NCBI RefSeq assembly: GCF_036365525.1
Contig: NC_090387.1
Coordinates: 18,197,766 to 18,261,765, forward strand
Direction: 5' to 3'
Origin: Heterodontus francisci
Taxonomy: Eukaryota
DNA: 64,000 nt
Positions 1 to 9,438 of the stretch are shown piece by piece (position 1 is the stretch's first letter; the number at the start of each line of letters is the position of its first letter). Both the position numbers and the translations under genes were made by a program. The notes under the pieces were generated by a model, which worked only from the letters and a program-made list of their open reading frames with translations, had not been told where the DNA came from and did not search any database.

Positions 1-365
1 TGCTCTTTGAGTCTGACCGCCATTCAATACAATCAAGGCTGAACTTCTACATCAACTCCACTTTCCCGTCCTATTCCTCAATTCCCTAAGTACCCAAAAG
101 TCTGTCACTCTCAGTCTTGAATATACTCAACTCTGGGGTAGAGAATTCCAAAGATTCACAACCCTCTGAGTGAATAAATTTCTCCTCATCTCATTCCGAT
201 ATGGCTGATCCCTTATCCTGAGACTATGCCTTCTTGTGCTAGACTCTCCAGCCAGGGAAGCAGCCTTTCAGAATCTACCCTGTCAAAAGAATGTTATATG
301 TTTCAATGAAATCACCTCTCATTCCTCTAAACTCCAGAGAATATAGGCCCATTCTACTCAATCGT
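1..365 (-). mobile_element. CR1-type LINE 3' fragment
   Basis: Reverse complement reads like the CR1 ORF2 C-terminus/3'UTR (GGAATTCTCTACCCCAGAG, ATTGAATGGCGG); similar to copies at 1935-3250 and 30840-31262. Confidence 0.75.
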
Positions 366-502
366 TTGTCTCCATTTAAAATATCCCATAAATAATTATA
401 AGCAAGTCATATAAAGGGAGGCCTTGTTCTTCACAATTTAAATGCAACCTGATGAGACAAATTTAACAGAGAATTCTGAGACGAGAAGGTTAAACGACTT
501 AC

Positions 503-763
503 TGCATCATCCCATCCACTACAAAGGATGAACTGATCCATTTGCTTTTGGTCTTCTTCATAGGTTTCCTCACTGAGTCTGATGAGAACATCTATGAGTT
601 TTCTTTCAGATTCCCAAGAATGTAGAAAATGGGTGGGACTCGTCACATTACTGTCACCTCCAAGAGGATTGGAAAACGTTATTTTTTCACAGTCAACCAT
701 GACTTCATTTTGGAATTCCATTTTCCAACTGACGTTTTCATCAAGCAAGCTCAGATTATTTAT
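503..763 (-). CDS. Coding exon of a C16orf46-like protein
   Basis: Minus strand: acceptor TTCACTTCATTTGACAG (AG at 765-764), 261-nt open phase-0 exon INNLSLLDENVSWKMEF...LIRLSEETYEEDQKQMDQFILCSGWDDA, then perfect donor GTAAGT (502-497). The motif resembles human C16orf46 LLDVSDITLEQDEKAKEFIIGTGWEEAV (from recall). Downstream exons probably lie outside the window. Confidence 0.6.
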
Positions 764-1384
764 CTGTCAAATGAAGTGAAGCATGCAGTTAATGCCTTAC
801 TACTTTCAAGTTAAAGCAAAATCATTAAATATTAAATAAGACATCCTATTTACAATTTAATGACGTCGCTTCACATACAGTTACTATCATTTGCTCCATG
901 TTTCAAGGAGGATGCCTTCTGAAAAAGTGGCAAATGTTTTTGTTTGCAATCGTACAAAATAGGATGATGTAAATCACAAAGATGCAAGACATGTTTCAAA
1001 GGTTCAAATGCTTCCAAAACCAAATATATACAGATACATTATTTATAAGTTTTGTCTTGGCCGATTAATACATTATGCATTACATATCATGCTGTCTGCA
1101 TATAACAATGTGTCATCTGACTTGCCATTAGTAATGCCACACGATATTTGCTAATACATTTGTATAGGAATTGCCAGGTGAAAAAAGACTGAGGTCCATC
1201 TAATTCACCTATATGGGGTGAGGAAAGGGGAGAGAGAGGGATCTATGTAAATGATTTTGTATATAGTGATCATGGACTACAAAAAGCCATGAGACACAAA
1301 TTTCCCAGAAACCAATCAAGAATTGGGGTGAGTGGTTAATTTTTGTTTGGGGGCGGTGGTTAATGGAATCTGGCAAGGTTCGGA

Positions 1385-1930
1385 GTTTGTGGTGGAGCCA
1401 AAGAGGAAAGCGTTGTTTTTCTGAATATTTAATTGGAGAAACTTGATGCTCATTCAAGAATGAATGTTGAATTACAATTCTAAAAACACAGAGGTAGCAG
1501 AGGGATTGAGAAAGGTAGAAGAGAAGAAAGGTAGAGCTGGCTGTCAGCATGCATGTAGAAGCTGACCCCATGTCTTCGGATGATGGTGCCAAGGTTCAGC
1601 ATGTAAATGAGGAAGAGAAAGGGGCAAATGTTTGATCCTTGGGGAATGCTAATGTTGTGAGAGCAGGAAGTGAAACCATTGCTGGAGATGCTATGGCTAC
1701 AATTAGATAACTAAGAGTGGAACTAAGGCAACTGAGTTGGAAAATGGAGGCGAGGCATTGAAGGAGAGGAGAGGCTGGTATGGTCGACAATGTCAAGAAC
1801 AGCAGAGGAGGACAAGAGATGGTACACCATGGTCACAGATAAAGACATCATTTGTGAAATGGATCAGGGCTGTTTGGTGGGGCAGAACCTGATTGGAGAG
1901 ATCAAACATGAAGCTGCAGGAAAGATGGGC
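1385..1930 (-). mobile_element. Degraded L2-clade LINE RT fragment
   Basis: Minus strand retains remnants of the PQGS and HADxxxLY RT motifs; similar to the better preserved L2 fragment at 22224-22625. Confidence 0.6.
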
Positions 1931-1934
1931 ACTG

Positions 1935-3690
1935 AACAGAACAAGAAGAAGCAGCAGGAGTAGGCCATCCAGCCCGTTGAGCCTGCTCTGCCATTCAATA
2001 AGATCATGGCTGATCTGATCTTGGCTGGAACTGCACCTTCCTGCTTGTTCCCCATAACCTTTGACTCCCCGATAGTTCAAGAAACTGTCTAACTCAGCCT
2101 AGAATACGTTCAATGACTCAGCCTCCACTGGTCTCTAGGGTGGAGAATTCCAAAGATTCACAACCCTCAGAGATGAAATTGCTCTTCATCCCTGTCTTAA
2201 ATGTGCGACCCCTTATTCTGAAACTCTGCCCCTAGTTCTAGATTCATGAGGGGAAACATCCTCTCAGCATCTACCCTGTCATGCCGCTCAGAATCTTATG
2301 TTTCAATAAGATCACCTCGCCTTCTCTAAACTCCAATGAGTACAGGCCTAACCTGTTCAACCTTTCCTCATAAGACAACCCCTTCATCCCAGAAATTAAC
2401 TTAGCAAACCTTCTCTGAACTGCCTCCAATGCAAGTATATCCCTCCTTAACTATGAAGACCGAAACTGTACGCAGTACTGTAGGTGAGTTCTCACCAATG
2501 CTCTGTATAGTTGTAGCAAGACTTACCTACTTTTATACTCCATCCCCCTTGCAATAAAGGTCAATGTTCCATTTTTTAAATGAATTTATGGGATGTGGGT
2601 GTCGTTGGCTAGGCCAGCATTTATTGTCCATCCCTAATTACTTGCTGTACCTGCATGCTAACTTTTGGTCATTTATGTACGAAGACACCAAGATCTCTCT
2701 GTAGTCCGTCTCGATTTAAATTATATTTTGCTTTTCTATTTTTCCTACCAAAGTGAAAATTTTCCCACATTATACTCCATCAGACAAATTTTTGCCCACT
2801 TGCTTAACCTATATATCTCTCTTTGCAGACAGTTTGTGTCCTCCTCACAACTTGCTTTCCCATGAATCCTTGTATCACCAGCAAATTTGGCTACAATACT
2901 CTCTATCCTTTCATCCAAGTCATTATATAGATTGTAAATTGTTGAGGCCCCAGCACTGATCCATGTTACAGTTTGCCAACCTGAAAATGACCCATTTATC
3001 CCAACTGTTTCCTGTTAGTTTGCCATTCTTCTATCCATGCTAATATATTACCCCCACCACCATGAGCTGTTATCTTGTAACCTTTTATGTGGCACCTTAT
3101 CGAATGCCTTTTGGAAATCCAAATACACTACATCTACTAGTTCCCCTTTATCCACCCTGCTTGCTACATCCTCAAAGAACCCTAATAAATTTGTCAAACA
3201 CAATTTCCCTTTCATAAAACCATGTTGACTCTGCTTGATTGTATTACGATTTTCACAGTGGCGCAGTGTTTAGCACCGCAGCCTCACAGCTCCAGTGACC
3301 CGGGTTCAGTTCTGGGTACTGCCTGTGCGGAGTTTGTACGTTCTCCCTGTGACTGTGTGGGTTTCCGCCGGGTGCTCCGGTTTCCTCCCACAGCCAAAGA
3401 CTTGCAGGTTGATAGGTAAATTGGCCATAGTGTAGGTAGGTGGTAGGCGAATGGTAGGGAATATGGGGTTAATGTAGGATTAGTATAAATGGGTGGTTGT
3501 TGGTCGGCACAGACTAGGTGGGCCGAAGGGCCTGTTTCAGTGCTGTATCTCTAAATAAAATAAATAAATGTTCTGCTACTACTTCCTTAAAAATGAATTG
3601 TAGCATTTTCCCAATGACAGATGTTTGGCTAACTGGCCTATAGTTTCCTGCTTTCTATTACTCTCCTTTCTAGAATAGGGGTGCTGGGAG
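1935..3690 (-). mobile_element. CR1 LINE 3' portion, interrupted by a V-SINE (3255-3568) and a short LINE tail (~2570-2640)
   Basis: Reverse complement gives CR1 RT motifs (HGFMKGK.CLTNL, DFQKAFDKVPH) and the CR1 3' tail; CR1 sequence resumes after the SINE. Confidence 0.8.
3255..3568 (+). mobile_element. V-SINE (HE1-like tRNA-derived SINE)
   Basis: tRNA-like head (GTGGCGCAGTG...GGGTTCAGTTC), V-domain core GTTCTCCCTGTGACTGTGTGGGTTTCCGCCGGGTGCTCCGGTTTCCTCCCACA, CR1-like tail GGGCCGAAGGGCCTGTTTCAGTGCTGTATCTC(TAAA)n. Confidence 0.9.
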
Positions 3691-4734
3691 GCAACAATAT
3701 GTTCAAGGATTTTGAAGAGGAAAAGAAACTTGTAGATGTCAGAGTAGTTTGCAAGGACAGCAAGGTTGAGCCAATCCTGGATATTGGCTCCATGAAATTC
3801 AGGGATTAGGGTCAGTGGTTCAGTTTAGGTTTGTGGTTAACAGTTTGGGTTCCAGGTCAGACGTTGGTGGTTAGCATTAGGTTCAGAGACCACTATTGAC
3901 AATGCCGGTATCACTAAACACATACTATTGAGAATGAGATCAAGGGAGCAAGAGGTGGGTCTCATGGACAAGCTGAGGTCCTATAGGGAATTGGGGAAGA
4001 GGACTATAGTCGAGGCAGCTGAATGGATGGTCTCAATGTTAGTGACAAAGAAGTCCACAAGCTCATTGCCCCAATTGTTGGTGAGGGTGGTTTACATTGG
4101 AAGTTTCCATGATAGAGGAATTTACGTGGAAAAAGGTGACATGGAAGTGTGAGGGAAAACTGTGACAACAGAGGAAAAAATTGTCTACCAAAAGTACAAG
4201 ACTTGAAATGTATTACTGATGGTATGACTATATTCTGTCCTCTATACGGTGAGGCTCCTGCCATTATAGCACATATTTGACTCACTGAGCAGTGTAGAGC
4301 AAAACACCCCATTCATGAATGAAATTCACATGAAGATTCTCATGTTAAAGCTATCATTCTCCTTCTGATGCTGAGACCAAATGCGCCATTTTCTATTATT
4401 TCAGGTCTTAAATATTGTTTTTCCTATTATCAGTCTCAAATTACTGCTGTTTACCAGTTACTGGAAATCCTACTGATAGGAAGTACGAATGCTGTCTCCT
4501 GTGGCTGGAATATTTCATCCACAATATTCATGGGTGACTTGGAGTTTTATAATGTTTGCTTATAAATATTAACATTTGGTGGGTGAGAAACATCCAGGCC
4601 TTAAGAATTCACATTTCGGCCCTGGGGCTGTTATACACCCTTATTTACTTTTATGATCACATACATAGTGAAGATGGCCACAGCACTGATCTCGATGCAG
4701 GAACCAATTCTCTCAGAGCAACAGTAAACCTTAC

Positions 4735-4950
4735 TTGCCTGTTCATTCATAGATTTGTTTTCCCACACTTGCCTCAATTATGAATGATTGTTCTCTTGGA
4801 AATAAAATGTAAATAATGGTGGTGAGGCAGAGAGCAAGGTCATTGTGTTTTGTCTCCAATGCAGCAACAGGGAGAGGATAGGCATCAGCTGCAACCCTGG
4901 AAACCAAGCAGAACCATTACCATGGCAACTACTGTGCTGCCTGCTGATGG
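4735..4950 (-). other. Probable first exon of the C16orf46-like gene
   Basis: Minus strand ATG AAC AGG CAA|GTAAGG (donor GT at 4734) is phase 0, matching the phase-0 acceptor at 763; lies at the edge of the CpG island beside an RFX X-box. The 5' boundary is a guess. Confidence 0.4.
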
Positions 4951-5340
4951 CGTCGGAAGTTCTCGCCAGACGCATGATTATTGTGACGACACGGTGTGCG
5001 TCTGTAGGGAAGAATCGGGAAAGATGTGACCGTGAGCGGAAATGACGGAGACAGGGATCTGGAAAAGGCTTCCGCTTGCTGAGCCGCGAGCGGAAATGAC
5101 GGAGACGGTAAGGGCTGGGATCATGCATACAGCCTCAGCTGGCGGGCGTTGACGCAGGAGCGGAAATGACGGACGCGGGGGGAAACCGGAAAAGGGGCGG
5201 GGGAGGGGGAAGGCATAACTGGTGGCGCAGGATTCGAGAAGCTTCGACGTGGTGGAGGAGGCCGCGAGGTTGCTGAGTGAAGGGTGGGACGGCGCTGGAC
5301 GCGGGGCCCGGACTCTGGATTTCTGACCGTTTCAGTGGAA
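4895..5340. promoter_or_regulatory. CpG-island bidirectional promoter (C16orf46-like / MPLKIP)
   Basis: Abrupt CpG enrichment; X-box-like ATTACCATGGCAAC 4916-4929; YY1+ETS ATGGCGTCGGAAGT 4947-4960; three exact copies of GAGCGGAAATGACGGA (5034, 5088, 5158); GC box GGGGCGGGG ~5193. Confidence 0.75.
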
Positions 5341-5346
5341 GTTTAA

Positions 5347-5928
5347 ATGTTCCGTCCCAATTTCCGGCCGTCGCCGTCCGGCGGAGGGAGCTCGCGGCCG
5401 GGGTTCCGGAGCCCGCCGCCAGGCCCGGGCTCAGGCCCATTTCCCGGGGCGGGGCAGCCCGGCAGCATGTACCCCTGGGGCAACTCTCCCACCCCGCCTT
5501 ACGGAGCCCGGCACCGGGGTTACAGCAAATCACCGCAGCAGCAACAACAAGGCCCGGGCCTGGGCTCGGGGCCCTTCCACCATCAGTACCGCTACAACAG
5601 CCCGTCTCCCGGGCAGCAGCAACCGCAGGGCTTCAGCCCCCGGCACCGGGGCCGATACTCCTCTCCCCCCTACCACCCGCTCTCCCCCGGCTCTCAGCAA
5701 CATTCCCCCAGCCCTGCCCATCGCAAATACCAGGGCTCGCCCAGAACATCCACTCCCTTCGGCGGCGGCGAGAGGAGATCCCCGGCGCCGGTGGAACATT
5801 ACTACAAACCCTCCATGCTGGAGGACCCGTGGGCTAACCTGGAGCCAGTCTGTGTCTCTGACATTAATCGACAATACAGCAAACTACAGACCCCCAGCGC
5901 TGGGAAAGGAGGGAGATATTTCAGTTAA
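5347..5928 (+). CDS. MPLKIP: M-phase-specific PLK1-interacting protein (TTDN1), 193 aa, single coding exon
   Basis: Starts MFRPNFRP (human MQRQNFRP), has a G/P/S-rich body and the conserved [32 protein letters not shown] and terminal GRYF motifs; ORF intact. Confidence 0.93.
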   Translation: MFRPNFRPSPSGGGSSRPGFRSPPPGPGSGPFPGAGQPGSMYPWGNSPTPPYGARHRGYSKSPQQQQQGPGLGSGPFHHQYRYNSPSPGQQQPQGFSPRHRGRYSSPPYHPLSPGSQQHSPSPAHRKYQGSPRTSTPFGGGERRSPAPVEHYYKPSMLEDPWANLEPVCVSDINRQYSKLQTPSAGKGGRYFS

Positions 5929-6800
5929 CAACCTTTGCAAAGACAAGAGAGCAGACTTGCACATTTCTTGTGTCTGCCAAAGGTATAATAACTGATCTTT
6001 GTTTCCCTCAACTGGCGAACATTTATCAAGAACTATCGCGGTATTGTGCTTTCCAGAGACTGTCTTTTTTTAAACACAATTTTGATTACAATTTTTTTGT
6101 AGGATCGACTTTTTAAAAATGAGACCTATTTTTTTACCCACACACCAGTTTTTTTTGCAACACATGGCTTGTTGGATGTTATCTAGGAGAGTACTAACTA
6201 CTACAGAATTGGGAAGTGCCTGCTCAGAAGAACTGTTAAAATGTTCTTTAAAATCACCAGCCAGTGAAAAGTGACTAATTATTTTACAGGTGTCCACCAC
6301 TCCTATGCATTAATGAACAGGTTAGACAGCACGCCATCTGATTTTTTTTTTACTGTAAACCATTGAAATGGTCATTTTTTTTAAATTTTTGTCAACCTTT
6401 TTAGATTGAAGATTAACAACTCCAGTGTTAATTTTGTATAATCCATATTTCTAGTGTGTGTGTGTGTGTTAGTATAAATGAAAGAAAATGATTCATGTCT
6501 GATTTAATGTTGAGATGGCATTTCTTGGGTTTGTACAGTAAAGGTATGAGATGTGCTGGTGTAGTTCCTGTTTTCAGTATTTTTGTTTTGAGCAAATGGT
6601 GAATTCAATTTGAAAACTTCTTGCGTTGTGGGGTGGGGAGTATAATGAATTGTCCTGGTACTGTAATTACTGCATAAAGTGGTATTTGGCATATAAACCA
6701 ACCAGTGTATTTGGGGGAGGATTTTATTATCGGGTAAGTGGAGAGAAATGTTTTTCTCAGTGACCGCTCTAATTGTCTCTTACCTTGGTATTTATCATAA

Positions 6801-6806
6801 AATAAA
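6801..6806 (+). terminator. Likely MPLKIP polyadenylation signal
   Basis: AATAAA ~870 nt after the stop, followed by U/GU-rich TTGATTTATTTTGT; the intervening sequence is AU-rich and 3'UTR-like. Confidence 0.5.
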
Positions 6807-7299
6807 GTTTGCTTGATTTATTTTGTATGGAGAAAGGCTACTTTTCGTTTTCTTTAACACTCAACTGTGGATGGATGTACATAATTCTAATTCTGTTTGG
6901 AAGCAGTCAGGGTTTTATCAGTTACCTTCCTGGGTCATGGCGAAATAGAAGTGCTAACTTTTGCTTTGATTCCTCTTGCTGTGGCACCATTCCATGGGTG
7001 CTGAAAGTCATTGTGTAAGCCTACATGGTGAGTGCATACGCCCTTTTTGATAGGGGCCATTATATGGTGCCGGTGATAATAGTAACCCCTTTCTTCCCCC
7101 GCCCTCCCCCCAACCCAGGACTAGGGCATTGAGGCAAATAGTAAAACCCAACTCATGCCACCTCAGATTTCGGGCATGGCTACAGACTAGAGCTCGAACT
7201 TTAGATTGTGGGGCTCGCTACCACACCAAGCAGGGGATCAATTCAGTTTAATAGTGAAAATGCTAGCCTATAGATTTCCCCCTCCATTGGGGGTTTTAG

Positions 7300-7640
7300 T
7301 AATAAAAACAAAAAGTGCTGAAAATATTCAGCAGGTCTGGCAGCACCTGTGGAGAGGGAAGCAGAGTTAACGTTTCAGGTCAGTGACCCTTCTTCAGAAC
7401 TAGCAAATATTAGAAATGTAAAAGGTTACAACTCTAGGAGTGATGCTGAGGATTAATGAGTAATGAAAGGAAAAAGTTTTTGTTTAGCCAACAGAATTTA
7501 AAGCAATTAACTGGTTACCTCATTTGAAAATCCAGTAATGTGGAGCGAGAAACAGAGAAACCTTTCATCAGAACTGAGAATTTCCAGCTCTTTTTGTTTT
7601 TATTTCAGATTTCCAGCATCTGCAGTATTTTGCTTTTATT
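7300..7640. mobile_element. Non-autonomous Penelope-derived element (pseudo-LTR pieces in both orientations)
   Basis: 7300-7425 is the reverse complement of the Penelope terminus at ~61835-61960; 7580-7640 carries terminus-like sequence in plus orientation. Confidence 0.7.
7365..7401 (-). ncRNA. Minimal type I hammerhead ribozyme (Penelope type)
   Basis: Minus strand AGTT-CTGAAGA-AGGGTCACTGACCT-GAAAC-GTT-AACT: intact CUGANGA and GAAA cores, stem I AGUU/AACU, stem II GGUC/GACC, palindromic AACGUU stem III. Confidence 0.75.
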
Positions 7641-9111
7641 TTGGGGCTTTTAGTAAATTTGGAAAAGGCTATTGTGATGCATATTGTATAAGCTATTGGA
7701 ACAAGAGAAGATGATAGGTTCAATATCTTGCAAACATTGGAATATGTAGACTTTATGTCTTACTACATTTCAGATGTTATATGCTGTCTGAAGAACATTT
7801 CTGTTATATCCTGTGAGGTGAGGGTGGAAGTATATAGAAATAAAAGCATATTTGAATTATGCAGGCACTCCAGCAACAGAACATACTGGAGCCGCAAAGT
7901 CTGCAACTTCTTGATTGGCATGTATGAACTGTGCTTTGTAACATTGTTTAAGCTTTAGCCTTACAAGTCCAAAATCTATGTTAGCACTTTCTACTATAAC
8001 AGTATTCCTATCCTAATCAAACAGTATATCCACTGACTTATTTGCTACAGGAATTCTGCAATAATGTAAATACAATGTCTACTGCATGTTTCCTGTCTTG
8101 TCGCACTCCTGTCACATTCAGATACTCTTATTTTTTAAGAGTGTGTAGGAACACTCCAGAAGCATCACTTGAATATCTACAGCTCTTTGGTCTTTGCCCA
8201 CTTTGTAGTTTTAATAAGTGACTTATCTACACTTTAACAGAACAATAATGTTTTAAATGGTATGTCTTATGAGGACAAGAACATGTCCTTTGGTCTGTCT
8301 TAAGTGGTACGGCAGGAAATTTGATTGTTTAATCAGAATATGAAATGTTGTTTGCATTTCCTGTCATGCTGTTCCAGTTTCTCTATATTGCTCTTTAAGT
8401 GAAATAGGCAGCCATTTGGAATGTACAGAGAAACTCGAGGAATAGAAAATTAATATGTGTGCAGACTTAATCTTACAAATCACATTTAAGACATCCATTC
8501 TGGTCTGGAGCCTGAATAGTAATTAAACTCTGAACCAATCTAGTGTTTGTAGAAAGCAATTAGAATTTGTGCCTTCCTGTAACAACAGAATAATGTATTG
8601 TGCATAACATGGTAAAATGCTTCTGTCTCTGTTTGATTGAAAGTAAGTCTTGCATCGTTTTAGTGCCTTATTGTTGACTCCCAACTAATTTTGTAAGAAG
8701 TATTTTTAAATTGCTCACTTTAAGTTCTCTGAAATTAAGTTTAGTCGAAGTAAATTCAAAATGACGACCTGTTGGTATTTAGCGAAGGTAGGGAACAGCC
8801 AGTGACTTAAGTGTTAGTGCTTGCAAGTACTTTGTTAGAATATAGATGGAAAATGCTGAAACAGTAGGTAGAGGTTGATTAGAAAATTTTTATGGTTATG
8901 GTGGAGTGCTGTAGCTGTTTTTGTCACCTAATTTTTTCACATTTCTCTTTCCATTAAAGGGTTTATACTAGAAAAAAGTAGAGAGCGAATCAGAGCAAAC
9001 TGGGGAAAAGTTAGTTCATATTTGAGCCATGTATTTTCATTCTCATCTGTGTTTGCATTTTCTTTTTGATTTCCAGCTTTTGTGGTTTATCTTTGTATGC
9101 TTTGTTATTTT

Positions 9112-9438
9112 TTTTTAGAGATACAGCACTGAAACAGGCCCTTCGGCCCACCGAGTCTGTGCCGACCAACAACCACCCATTTATACTAATCCTACATTAA
9201 TCCCATATTCCCTACTACGTCCCCACCATTCTCCTACCACCTACCTATATTTGGGGCAATTTACAATGGCCAATTTACCTATCAACCTGCAAGTCTTTGG
9301 CTGTGGGAGGAAACCGGAGCACCCGGCGGAAACCCAAGCGGTCACAGGGAGACCTTGCAAACTCCGCACAGGCAGTACCCAGAATTGAACCCGGGTCGCT
9401 GGAGCTGTGAGGCTGCGGTGCTAGCCACTGTGCCACCC
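9112..9438 (-). mobile_element. V-SINE (HE1-like)
   Basis: Full-length reverse-complement copy of the 3255-3568 SINE. Confidence 0.9.

Noticed and set aside
431-502. C-terminal part of ORF 431-748 (VSRLTFSS...)
   Set aside because: Lies beyond the GTAAGT donor at 502, so it is intronic read-through.
5277-5837. 186-aa ORF overlapping MPLKIP in another frame, and antisense ORFs 5135-5533 and 5530-5874
   Set aside because: Shadow ORFs expected in GC-rich, stop-poor sequence; low-complexity peptides with no recognisable motif.
6454-6468. (GT)n microsatellite, also poly-C at 34387-34410 and the G-run at 63420-63465
   Set aside because: Ordinary simple repeats; G-quadruplex potential alone is not evidence of function.
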